From: Heterodontus francisci
Lineage: Eukaryota
Direction of reading: 5' to 3'
Length of the DNA: 64,000 bases
Assembly: GCF_036365525.1 (NCBI RefSeq)
Contig: NC_090373.1
Span: forward strand, 85,061,221-85,125,220
Of this stretch, positions 1-12,084 are shown one piece after another. Numbering within the stretch: the first letter of the stretch is position 1; each line of letters begins with the position of its first letter. The notes beneath the pieces were generated by a model. It was not told the origin of the DNA. It made no database searches and saw nothing but the letters and a program-made list of their open reading frames with translations. The position numbers were made by a program, and so were the translations under genes.

Positions 1-3000
1 TCTGACAACCATCATCTGTGCTGTGGTTGTTCTACCTTCTAGCTGCATAAGTGTTTGAAGATAATAATGAATAGCAGCTCCAATAAATCAGGCAATAATG
101 AGTCATGAATGTGCAGGTGCACTCTGTTGTAATTTAGAAACTGCAGCTTGATTGAAAGCTAGGATTGGAGGGCAAAGTTTTCAGACAAATTAGCACCAAT
201 TACAATTTGATGCATGGCCACAGCATAATTTTTTCAACAAGTCCCTTTTGCCAAGGCAATCCTCTCTCAGTTATCATGCTGGAGATAATTGATTCCTAAT
301 TATTAAATCTTCTGATACCAGTGTTTGGGATATAACTTAGTAACTGATCATTTATTTAAATACTTTATGGTATTTAGTTCCACTTTAACCTTTGTGCTTT
401 GTTGCCAGGCAGAATCTACTATGAAAAGGCTACTATTATCATTAGATTTGTAATGTGTACAAAATAGCCTGACCAGATATGAAGCAGAGTCCCAGATAGC
501 TGAATATTTGGGCAGTGATACTGCCATGAAAATAGATATTTTAAAGTACAATGGAGGTAGTGAGAATAATGGGTAGTGTTATACTTTTGTTTTCTTTATT
601 CCTTTAGAAGCCAGAAGAGTTTACCTATAGCTATAATTTAATTGTATATCACATTTTTTCTTTATTTCTGTTAGATTTCTAAAGCCCTCAAATTTTGGAC
701 AGGATGATATCACAGTGGAATTGTTGCTAAACCTAATATCACAATGGTATTTGTACGTTTGCATCATAGTCATAATGAACATAAAATACCCTCAATTCAC
801 AAAAATATAAGTGCTTGATAGAGCTACGAGGCAACAAGTGATAAGTAAATAAACTGCACTGAAATTATAGCTTGGATTATACTGTTAGAGATATATTTGC
901 AGTTACATTTTTCTGTTTTCTTTGAGATTTTTAATTGAGATAAAAAAAATAATTTCTAACACAGCAACTTGTTCCTCTGCAATGTAATTACATATGATTG
1001 TGGTGCTATCTTTTTCTCTTTGTCACCAATTAACAGTTGTTTATTGCAAAAGCAGCAGCTTTGTATGTACTTGCACAAAACTAATGGAATATTTGTTCAT
1101 TACTGAAATTTGCTGGTAAAATTCAAATTATATCTACTGTGTTTCCTTATTGGATTAAGAATATTTGATCGATTTGATGAAATTTATAATAGACTTTTTT
1201 ATTTGTGGTAATAATCCTTTATAGAAACTGGGCCTTTCCTTCATTCAAATTGGCAGCCTTTGCCATGTTGATTTCTGAGGGTAAATTCGTCCAAATGCAC
1301 TCATTGGGAATACATCTTGGGAAATAGTGGGAGTTTCTGCAATTTCCTGACCTGCATTCCTAGAGTGCAAGACTCCATAACCAGAATGCATGCTTATAAA
1401 ATCTTGTCCCTACTGTCAGCTCAATTAAAGGAAATTATTCAAAGATGCACGAAATTCAATATGTAGGCCTATTTTGTAATTGTTTCCAGTTTACAACTTT
1501 CAATTACCAAAATTGCATAATTTTTCCTTTGAAAATGGATTAAATGCCCATTTTTCATAATTATTTTTGACCTATTAACAAATGGTGAGAATATGCATCT
1601 TTGAAGCATGCACTTTCTGAGAGCACAATTTTATTAGAGGTCAAAACAACCAATCAGAATATACCAGAAATAAAGATCCTATTACCCTTTTCAAGCAGCT
1701 ATATGGCCTTTTCAAGCAACTAATGAGCTATTTAAGTGCTGCAAAAAATTGTCAGTGCAGCTGTGGACTGATCAAATTTATTTGAAAATGGCTCAGCAAC
1801 AGCAGTATAAAGGCAAATTTAATGACCTGGCTTTGCATATTCTTTTGATTTATATAATGGAAGGATTTGTGATGTGGGAGGATAACCCCCAAATGTGATA
1901 TGGAGGTAACAAATATGTCCTAGATAACATGAATTCAATGTTAACAATTCTAACGGCCTGATGCAAGTTTAGGAAGAGTCTGATTGATTGAGAGAGCAGT
2001 ATACTGATGGAAGAATATAACTATTCACTATCACCAGAGGACAAATGTGGACCTGGACAAAAGTCATGTGATTAGAAATAAATGCAAATAATGCTGTACC
2101 AACAGATAGAAATGTTAGTAAGTGAAAAAAGCAGAATTATACAAATGCAATGTTACCAAAGAGAATGCACTTCAGAGAAGAATTTCCATGGGTCACATCA
2201 CCTGTCTCAATCCACACTGCTCTAAGCTTAAGAGTAAAGCTGTCACATAAAGCATAACATGGTGGGATCCATATGCATAAATAACTCATTGCATAAAAGG
2301 ACAGAATAGTAAATTAATTCAGGAGGGAGAACTTGGAAGGCTCTGGGCTCCAAATGTGGAAGGCTTGCACCGACCAATTTCTATGCGCTATATTAATTCT
2401 GTTTTCCATGATTTGTGTGAATAGTCACATCAACATATTGATACACATTGGCTGTGTACAATAATGCATTCAATAAAAATATAAAACCTAAATGTATGAG
2501 TAAAGTTTTATAGTGTCCAGACTTCTGTATTCACAGAACAATGTTTAACCAAAGCATACCAAAAGTGCACCATACCCATGAAGACCATCACTCACTGAAG
2601 TGCCATACATCACTGCACCCCAACCCCCCCTTGAATCAGACAGACACAAACACATAAAAGGTTGAAGACGAAGTACAAGGTGTTCAGAAATACTGTGACA
2701 AAAGGGTAGTAGTGGTGGATGTTGATGGAAGAATAGCACCTGAAGTGCTGTAACCTGCTGGGCTAAGGACCAAATGCTGGAAAGTGGGGTTAGGCTGTGA
2801 GGCTCTTTTGTTTCAGCTGGCACAGATACGTTGGGCCAAGCAGCCGCTTTCTGTGCCGTAAACTTTCTATGATTTTTTAAAAATTCATTCATGGGATTTT
2901 TGGGCGTCGCTGGCTAGGCCAACATTTATTGCCCATCCCTAATTGCCCTTGAGAAGGTGGTGGTGAGCTGCCTTCTTGAACTGCTGCAGTCCATTTGGGT

Positions 3001-3187
3001 TAGGTACACCCACAGTGCTGTTAGGAAAGGCGTTCCAGGATTTTGACCTGGCGACAGTGAAGGAACGGCGATATAGTTCCACGTCAGGATGGTGTGTGAC
3101 TTGGAGGGGAATCTGCAGGTGGTGGTGTTCCCATGTATTTGCTGCCCTTGTCCTTCTAGCTGGTTGAGGTCACGGGTTTGGAAGCTG

Positions 3188-5745
3188 CTATCTAAGGATC
3201 CTTGGTGCATTGCTGCAGTGCTTCTTGTAGATAGTACACACAGCTGCCACTGTGCGTCGGTGGTGGAGGGAGTGAATGTTTGTAGATGGGGTGCCAATCA
3301 AGCGGGCTGCTTTGTCCTGGATGGTGTCAAGCTTCTTGAGTGTTGTTGGAGCTGCACCCATCCAGGCAAATGGAGAGTATTCCATCACACTCCTGACTTG
3401 TGCCTTGTAGATGGTGGACAGACTTTGGGGAGTCAGGAGGTGAGTTACTTGCCTCAGGATTCCTAGCCTCAGACCTGCTCTTGTAGCCACGGTATTTATA
3501 TGGCTACTCCAGTTCAGTTTCTGGTCAATGGTAGCCCCTAGGATGTTGATAGTGGGGGATTCAGCGATGGTAATGCCATTGAATGTCAAGGGGAGATGGC
3601 TAGATTCTCTCTTGTTGGAGATGGTCATCGCCTGCCACTTGTGTGGCTCGAATGTTACTTGCCACTTATCAACCTAAGCCTGGATATTGTCCAAGTCTTG
3701 CTGCATTTCTCCAGGGACTGGTTCAGTATCTGAGGAGTCACGAATGGTGCTGAACATTGTGCAATCATCAGCGAACATCCCCACTTCTGACCTTATGATT
3801 GGAGGAAGGTCATTGATGAAGCAGCTGAAGATGGTTGAGCCCAGGACACTACCCTGAGGAACTCCTGCAGTGATGTCCTGGAGCTCAGATGATTAACCTC
3901 CAACAACCGCAACCATCTTCTTTTGTGCTAGGTATGACTCCAGCCAGCGGAGGGTTTTCCCCCTGATTCCCATTGACCTCAGTTTTGCTAGGGCTCCTTG
4001 ATGCCATACTCGGTCAAATGCTACCTTGATGTCAAGGGCAGTCACTCTCACCTCACATCTTGCGTTCAGCTCTTTTGTCCATGTTTGAACCAAGGCTGTA
4101 ATGAGGTCAGGAGCTGAGTGGCCCTGGCGGAACCCAAACTGAGCGTCACTGAGCAGGTAATTGCTAAGCAAGTGCCGCTTGATGGCACTGTTGATGACAC
4201 CTTCCATCACTTTACTGATGATTGAGTGTAGGCTGATGGGGCGGTAATTGGCCGGGTTGGACTAGTCCTGCTTTTTGTGCACAGGACATATCTGGGCAAT
4301 TTTCCACATTGCAGGGTAGATGCCAGTATTGTAGCTGTACTGGAACAGCTTGGCTAGGGGTGCGGCAAGTTCTGGAGCACAGGTGATCAGTACTATTGCC
4401 GGAACATTGTTAGGGCCCATAGCTTTTGCAGTATCCAGTGCCGTCAGTCGTTTCTTGATATCACGTGGAGTGAATCGAATTGGCTGAAGTCTGGCATCTG
4501 TGATGCTGGGGACTTCAGGAGGAGGCCGAGATGGATCATCAACTCGGCACTTCTGGCTGAAGATTGTTGCAAATGCTTCAGCCTTATCTTTTGCATTGAT
4601 GTGCTGGGCTCCCCCATCATTGAGGATGGGGATATTTGTGGAGCCACCTCCTCCAGTTAGTTGTCTAATTGTCCACCGCCATTCACGGCTGGATGTGGCA
4701 GGACTGCAGAGCTTCGATCTGATCCATTGGTTTTGGGATTGCTTAGCTCTGTCAATCGCATGCTGCTTACGCAGTTTGGCACACAGATTGTCCTGTGTTG
4801 TAGCTTCACCAGGTTGACACCTCATTTTGAGGTATGTCTGGTGCTGCTCCTGGCATGCCCTTCTGCACTCTTCATTGAACCAGGGTTGGTCTCCTGGCTT
4901 GATGGTAATGGTAAAGTGGGGGATATGCCGGGCCATGAGGTTACAGATTGTGGTTGAGTACAGTTCTGCTGCTGCTGATGGCCCACAGCGCCTCGTGGAT
5001 GCCCAGTTTTGCATTGCTAGATCTGTTCGAAATCTATCCCATTTAGCACGGTGATACTGCCACACAACACGACGGACAGTATCCTCAATGTGAAGGCGAG
5101 ACGCCGTCTCCACAAGGACTGCGCGGTGGTCACTCCTACCAATACAGTCATGGACAGAAGCGTCTGCAGCAGGCAGATTGGTGAGGATGAGGTCAAGTAT
5201 GTTTTTCCCTCGTGTTGGTTCCCGCACCACCTGCCGCATACCCAGTCTTGCAGCTGTGTCCTTTGGGACTCGGCCAGTTCGGTCAGTAGTGGTGCTGCCA
5301 AGCCACTCTTGGTGATGGACATTGAAGTCCCCCACCCAGAGTACATTTTGTGCCCTTGCCACCCTCAGTGCTTCCTCCAAGTGGTGTTCAACATGGTGGA
5401 GTACTGAGTCATCAGCTGAGGGAGGGCGGTAGGTGGTAATCAGTGGGAGGTTACCTTGCCCATGTTTGACCTGATGCCATGAGACTTCATGGGGTCCAGA
5501 GTCGATGTTGAGGACTCCCAGGGCAACTCCCTCCCTACTGTATACCACTGTCCCGCCACCTCTGGTGGGTCTGTCCTGCCGGTGGGACAGGACAAACCCG
5601 GGGATGGTGATGGCGGAGTCTGGGACATTGTCTGTTAGGTATGATTCGGTGAGTATAACTATGTCAGGCTGTTGCTTGACTAGTCTGTGGGACAGCTCTC
5701 CCAACTTTGGCACAAGCCCCGAGATGTTAGTAAGGAGGACTTTGC
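3188..5745 (-). pseudogene. Disrupted EN-RT polyprotein ORF of LINE copy 1
   Basis: Three collinear ORF fragments separated by a few stops/frameshifts. The endonuclease first motif (VLLTNISGLVPKL) is read just upstream of the tracked ORF start. Confidence 0.88.
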
Positions 5746-6087
5746 AGGGTCGACAGGGCTGGGTTTGCCGTTGTCATTTCCGGTGCCTAGGTTGATGCCG
5801 GGTGGTCCGTCCGGTTTCATTCCTTTTTATTGACTTCATAGCAGTTAGGTACAACTGAGTGGCTTGCTAGGCCATTTCAGAGGGCATGTAAGAGTTAACC
5901 ACATTGCTGTGGGTCTGGAGTCACATGTAGGCCAGACCAGGTAAGGACAGCAGATTTCCTTCCCTAAAGGACATTAGTGAACCAGATGGGTTTTTACAAC
6001 AATCGACAATGGTTTCATGGCCATCATTAGACTAGCTTTTAATTCCAGATTTATTAATTAAATTCAAATTCCACCTTCTGCTGTGGT

Positions 6088-6163
6088 GGGATTCGAACCC
6101 ATGTCCCCGGAGAAATACCCTGGGTCTTTGGGTTACTAGTCCAGTGATAATATCACTACGCCA
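6088..6163 (-). promoter_or_regulatory. Type-2 internal RNA polymerase III promoter (A box and B box) at the LINE 5' end
   Basis: Sense-strand TGGCGTAGTGA (6163-6153) matches A-box TRGCNNAGTGG; GGGTTCGAATCCC (6100-6088) matches B-box GGTTCGAATCC. Confidence 0.75.
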
Positions 6164-6189
6164 CCGCCTACCCTCAAACTTCCCTCAAA

Positions 6190-7848
6190 CTCTTTTGTTC
6201 TGAGGAGAACAACGCCAGTTTTTCCAACCTAACCTTGTAACTAAAATCCTCCACATTCCTGGAATCATACTGGTAAATCTCACTGCAGCCTCTCAAGGAC
6301 CCTCACCTGCTTCCAAAAGTGTGGTGACCAGAACTGAATGCAATGCTCCAGTGGGCCTGATCAGAACTTTATGAAGGTTTAGCTTAACTTCCTTGTTTAT
6401 GTACTCAATGCCTCTCTTTATGAAGCCCAAAATCCCATATGCTTTACTAACCACTCTCTCAATGGGGCCTGCCACCTTCAAAGATCCATGCACATGCACC
6501 CTCAGGTCCCGCTGTTCCTGCAGACTCTTTAGAACTGTGCCATTAAGTATGCATTGCCTCTCCTATTCCTTCTGCCAAAATGCATCACCTCACACTTGTC
6601 AATGTTAAATTCCATCTGGCACCTCTCTGTCCATTCTATCTTTGTCCTGTTGCAGGCGATTCATATCATCCTCACTGTTTGCCACACCTCCAAGTTTAGC
6701 GTCATCGGCAAATTTTGAGATTCTACTCTGTTTTCCAAGGTCCAAGTCATTTATATATAGCAAAAAAGCATTGGTCCCAGCACTGACCCTTGGGGAACAC
6801 CACTGTCTACCATCCTCCAGTCTGAAAAACAACCATTTACTATGACTCGCTGTTTCTGTTCCAAATAGACACTGACCCTCCTATTCCATGAGCCTTAATT
6901 TTCTTAACCAGCCTTTTATGTAGTACCTTATCAAACATTTTCTTAAAATCCATATAAACCGCATTCCCTTCATCAACCTTCTCTGTTACTTCATCAAAAA
7001 AAATTCAATTAGAATAGTCAAGCATGATCTGCCTTTTACAAGTCTATGCTGGTTATCCTTAATTAACTCAAACCTCTCCAAGTGTGTGTTGATTTTTTCC
7101 CTGATGAATGTTTCTAAAACCTTACCCACCACTGATGTTAAACTTACTGGCCTGTAATTGCTAGGACTGTCCTTACATCCTTTCTTGAACAAGGACATCA
7201 TATTTGCCACTCTCCAAACATCTGGCGCCTCCCCCATATCCAGGGAAGATTGGAAAGTTAGGGCAAGCCCTGCCATCTCCACCCCAACTTCCTTTAGCAA
7301 CCTGGGATGCAAGCCATCTGGACCAAGTGACTTATCTACCATAAGCATAGCCAGCCTTTTTATTACCTCCCCGCTCTGAATTTTTGTCCTATCTGTGATG
7401 TCCTCAAAACTTGAATGAGGTTTAGCCGAGTTTGGTGTAGGAAATGAGGCAAAAGTTGGGAGACCGAGACTGCAGCAGCTGAACACAAAGGTTTCTACTT
7501 TTATTCAGTCTTTGTTTCCTTTCTCTTTGCTAGCATATGTGTTCTACAGCAGCCTCTAGAGTACACAATGTACAGTGCAATGCAAAACACGACAACACTA
7601 CACCATCCATTGCCTCTACTCTCTCCGTTTCTACTGATATTTTGTCAAATTCCACTTCCTTAATGAACACTGATACAAAGTACCCATTAAGTATAGTAGT
7701 CTTGCCCTGCTCCTCTAAGCATCTATTACCCTCTTTGTCCCGAATAGGTCCTACTATACCTCTTACTACCCGTTTACTATTTACATGCCTGTAGAATATT
7801 TTTGGATTCACTTTTATGTTGATTGCCATTCTATTCTCATATTCTGTC
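6190..7848 (-). mobile_element. CR1 LINE ORF2 fragment (decayed), interrupted at 7394-7597
   Basis: ORFs 6986-7486 (KSLGPDGLHPRLLKE, NYRPVSLTSVVGK), 6605-6832 (YINDL, SKFADDAKL) and 7530-7850 (NPKIFYRHVNSKR). Confidence 0.88.
7394..7597 (-). mobile_element. Short solo-LTR-like insertion inside the CR1
   Basis: TG...CA ends (TGTGATG / GACAACA), AATAAA on the minus strand, interrupts CR1 homology; flanks CTATC/CTACA match only partly. Confidence 0.45.
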
Positions 7849-7849
7849 A

Positions 7850-8290
7850 TATTGTCCTATGATGAGAAGTTGAGTAAATTCATTCTATATTTTCTGGAGT
7901 TTAGAAGAATGGCAGGTGATCTCATTGAAACATACAAGATTCTGAAGAGGCTCGAAGGCGTAGACACTGAGAGGTTGTTTTCCCTGGCTGGGAAATCTAG
8001 AACACAGGGGCACATTCTCAGGATAAGGGGTCAATCATTTAGGACTGAGATGAGGAGAAATTTCTTAATTCAAAGCGTTGTGAATCTTTGGAATTCTCTA
8101 CCCCAGAGGGTTGTGGATGTACCATCATTGAAGACTGAGATAGACAGATTTCAAGGGATCAAGGAATATGGGGATTGGGCAGGAAAGTGGAATTGAAGCC
8201 AAATATCAGCCATAATTGTCGTGAATGGCGGAGCAGGCTCAGGGGGCCAAGTGGCCTACTCCTGTTCCTAATTCGTATGTTCGAATGTTC
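7850..8290 (+). mobile_element. CR1 LINE 3' fragment
   Basis: ORF 7816-8196 contains LEFRRMAGDLIETYKILK and VVNLWNSLPQ, followed by a CR1-type 3' UTR. Confidence 0.85.
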
Positions 8291-8296
8291 ATATAA

Positions 8297-9575
8297 TTCC
8301 CAGCCTCTGACCTACTCTTGTAGCCAAGTATTTATTTGGCGGTTCCAGTTAAGTTTCTGCTCAATGGTAACCCTCAGGATGTTGCTGGTGGGGGATTCAG
8401 CGATGGTAATGTCGTTGAACGTCAAGATGAGATGGTTAGATTCTCTCTTGTTGGAGATGGGCATTGTCTGGCACTTGTATGGCATGAATGATACTTGCCA
8501 CTTATCAGCCCAGGCCTGAATGTTGTTAAGGTCTTGCTGCTTGCGGGCACGGTTGCTTCACTATCTGAGGAGTCGTGAATGGCATTGAACATTGTGCAAT
8601 CATCAGCAAACATCCCCACTTCTGATGTTATGATGGAGGAAGGTCATTGATGAAGCAGATGAAGGTTGTCAGGCCAAGGACACTACCCTAAGGAACTCCT
8701 GCAGTGATGTCCTGGGGATGAGCTAATTGGCCTCCTACACCACAAGCATCTTCCTTTGTGCTAGGTATGACTCCAACTAGTGGAGAGTAGTCCCCCTGAT
8801 TCCCATTGACTTTAATTTTGTTAGGGCTCCTTGATGCCACTCTCAGTCAAAAGCTGCCTTGATGTCAAGGGCCGTCATTCCTACCTCCCTTCTGGAGATC
8901 AGCTCATTATCCATGTTTGGGCCAAGGCTGTAATGAGGTCTGGAGCGCGTGGCTCTGGTGGAACCCAAATTGAGCATCAGTAAACAGGTTGTTGCTGAGC
9001 AATTGCCACTTGATAGCACTGTCGACGACCCATTCCATCACTTTGCTGATGATTGAGAGTAGACTGATGGGGCAGTAATTGGTTGGATTGGGTTAGTCCT
9101 GCTTTTTATGGATAGAACATACCTAGGCAAATTTTCACATCATTGGGTAGATGCCAGTGTTGTAGTTGTACTGGAACAGCTTGGCTAGGAGTGTGGATAG
9201 TTCTGGAGCACAAGTTTTCAGTACTACATCTGGGATGTTGTCAGGGTCCATAGCCTTTGCTCTATCCAGTACCTTCAGCTGTTTCTTGATATCACGTGGA
9301 GTGAATCGAATTGGCTGACAACTTGCATTAATGATGGTGGGGATCTCAGGAGGAGGTTGAGATGGATCATCCACCTGGCATTTCTGGCTGAAGATGGATG
9401 CAAATGCTTCAGCCTTTTCTTTTGCACTGATGTTCTGTGCTTCACCATCATTGAGGATGAGGATGCTTGTGGAGCCTCCTCCTCTGGTTAGTTGTTTAAT
9501 TGTGCATCACCATTCACAACTGGATTTGGCAGGACTGCAGAACTTTGATCTGATCTGTTGGTTGTGGGATCGCTT
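8297..9575 (-). mobile_element. Internal RT fragment of the same single-ORF LINE family (copy 2, older)
   Basis: Collinear similarity to ~3460-4740 (MGMFADDCTMF; DDPSQPPPEIP...KTCAPELSTLLAKLFQY). Confidence 0.88.
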
Positions 9576-9629
9576 TTCTCTGGGCCGAAGGGCCTGTTTC
9601 AGTGCTGTATCTCTCTATGACTCGATGAC

Positions 9630-9928
9630 TTTTGAATTGAATGGGTTCTTCTGAAACAAAGAAGGTGTGAAGTAGCCACATCCTGGGCCATTGTTGGTCA
9701 CAACAGGGAGGAAAATCCCTGTGCACTTGTGACAATTTCAGAAAAAAGCATATTGCTCAATAACTAATTAATCTTCAGTTTTAAACCTACAAGAAAACCC
9801 GTCGCTGTCTGTTGATTTGACAAATGAAACACAAAGGGGTTAAAACCTAATAACAAAAATACTTGCTATAGTCAGGTGGGAGTTGAACAGTGGGAACCAC
9901 CCACACCCCTCACCACATGGCTGTAACA
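9630..9928 (-). mobile_element. Partial LTR-like segment
   Basis: Begins TGTTACAGCC on the minus strand at 9928 and interrupts the tRNA-head element; no second end recognised. Confidence 0.35.
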
Positions 9929-10242
9929 CTTGCTAGGCCATTTCAGAGTGCAGCTAAGAATCAACTACATTGCTTTGGGTATGGAGTCACAAAAAGGCCA
10001 GACCTGGTAAGGACAGCAGATTTCCTTCCCTAAAGGACATAAGTGAACCAGATGTTTTTCATAACAATCCAGGAGTTTCATGGTCTCCATTACTGAGACA
10101 AGCTTTTTATTCTAGATTTATTAGTTAATTGAATGTAAATTCCACCAGCTGCCACGGTGGGATTTGAACCCATGCCTTTGCAGCATTAGACCAAGTCTCT
10201 ATATTACTCATCTAGTAACATTACCACTACACTAGCATCCCC
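9929..10242 (-). mobile_element. tRNA-derived head of the LINE/SINE family (diverged copy)
   Basis: Similar to 5853-6173 and 17350-17670 (GGGTTCAAATCCC B box; TGTCCTTTAGGGAAGGAAATCTGCTGTCCTTACC core); same strand as LINE copy 2. Confidence 0.85.
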
Positions 10243-11736
10243 TGCAAATCAGTGTTAAGAATTAATTTCAAAACATTGTTTTAATAATTAATCAGTACAA
10301 ATTTAATCATGTCAGACATCTTTGTTCTAATATTTTTACTAATGTACACTAGAAATGCTGATCAATGCAATTCAGTAAAATATGTAAGTAGTTCTGATAT
10401 GATCAAATTAGCCTGAAAATTGGATCACACACAAATTGGTGTACGCACCTTTCAGTGGCAGGGCCACTGCAAATTTGTCCACCAGCCTCATTAGAATATT
10501 ACAGGCATGCTGTTGGCTCCAGTTGCAGCCCCAGAGGCAGCTCGTTGATCATCGACGGGAGAGAAACCGGCAGGTTGGGAGGTTGACTGAGGGTCTCGGG
10601 TGTGTCCGGAATGACATGAGCCAATCGGAAGGGGGTGCAGTAGACAGGCAGTGGTCTGCAGTTTTAACGTGTAGCCAGAAGAAGAACTCCTGTTCCTCCT
10701 GGTTCTACATTCAGGAAAATACTTTTTTTTAAGTTAATCTTTTTGGTGGCAACCTCCAGTGTTGACCTAGAAATCCAGAATATGGTAGGCTTGAAGCCTG
10801 CTATGTTCAGTGTAAACCCATTTCTGGTTTGAGTCCTAAATCAGGTGATAGATTTTATTAGCATATTCAATGTACCTAAACTTATTTTAGGCATCACCAC
10901 AGAGACCTCTAAGGCACCTGAACCAATGTAGTATCCATTGTGTTTCCAGTTTGGGCGCAGGAGGTGAGCCACCTAAATTGGCTAATATATCCAATTCTGC
11001 AAATGTTACAAGTTTTCTGCATTAATCATTGTCCAACTTTGATTTAGAAATTGATAGTGCCATATTTGTCTGTCTGTGAGTCTATCCTTGTCTTCTGCCT
11101 TGTCCCTTGTACTGCACAAAACAGTTTTGCTGATCAAACAACCACATTGTTCAAAGCAGCCATGAAACAAAACAACTGCTCACTTTTTTATACACTCAGA
11201 ACATCACCTTTAACCATTGCTCAGCAGATAATTACTTCAGTGCCAAGTTGTGAGCCATAATGATTAATCTCTTTTCAGAAGGGATAGCTAGGTCCACAGC
11301 TGACTGACATCATGATTGATTGATATATGGAGCTGTAAACATCACAGACAATCCAAAAGTGCTGATGATACATCTTTATAATAAAATATCTTGTGTCTGT
11401 CATGCACGTCAATGTTATGACAGTTATGCAATTTGTCATTGGTCTGCTTCTGCTTTGTTGTATTTTTCTCCTTTCTAATTGATTATTTTTTTACTTTTGT
11501 TGTTCCTTGATCATATTGTGCAAAATCTTTCTTCCCAATTTAAATTTTTGCCCCAATACATTCTACCAAAAAGGTTCTCTGATACAACTGCCATGATAGT
11601 TGTCATGTGTTCTTTGTGTTATCTTAAGTAACACAATGAGATACATGGATTCTAGTTCCTTGAAGATCTCTAACAGGTTTATTAACAGCTAAACTAGTAT
11701 ATGGAATACAGAGCAAACTATTTACAGAACAATGGC

Positions 11737-12084
11737 TTAGTTTAGTTTAGTTTAGAGATACAGCACTGAAACAGGCCCTTCGGCCCACCGAGTCTGTGCC
11801 GACCATCAACCACCCATTTATGCTAATCCTACACTAATCCCATATTCCTACCACATCCCCACCTGTCCCTATATTTCCCTACCACCTACCTATACTAGGG
11901 GCAATTTATAATGGCCAATTAACCTACCAACCTGCAAGTCTTTTGGCTTGTGGGAGGAAACCGGAGCACCCGGGGAAAACCCACGCAGACACAGGGAGAA
12001 CTTGCAAACTCCACACAAGCAGTCCCCAGAATTGAACCCGGGTCGCTGGAGCTGTGAGGCTGCAGTGCTAACCACTGCGCCGCC
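11737..12084 (-). mobile_element. HE1-type tRNA-derived V-SINE inserted in the Gypsy LTR
   Basis: GCAGTGGTTAGCAC A box, GGGTTCAATTC B box, GGTGCTCCGGTTTCCTCCCAC V-domain core, (CTAAA)n tail. Confidence 0.88.

Larger units (their letters stand above)
2873..6173 (-). mobile_element. Near full-length single-ORF non-LTR retrotransposon (APE endonuclease + RT; CR1-group, Zenon-like by motif recall) with tRNA-derived 5' head; copy 1
   Basis: Minus-strand ORF pieces 4262-5713 (PDIVILTES, YRPP, GDFNVHH, LDLILTN, SDH endonuclease motifs), 3893-4210 (QFGFRQG, ALDIKVAFDRVWH) and 3188-3628. The RT motifs GVPQGSVLG and FADD are readable at ~3765-3870. 3' tail ends ...ATCCCATGAATGAATTTTTAAAAAA at ~2873; 5' end GGGTAGGCGGTGGCGTAGTG at 6173. 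Confidence 0.92.

Noticed and set aside
2976-5795. Numerous plus-strand ORFs overlapping the LINE
   Set aside because: Antisense shadows of a GC-balanced coding sequence; no independent motifs.
6088-6173. Possible tRNA genes at SINE/LINE heads (also 12000-12084, 15659-15730, 61310-61380)
   Set aside because: A/B boxes are present but they run directly into retroposon bodies, with no convincing cloverleaf or terminator.
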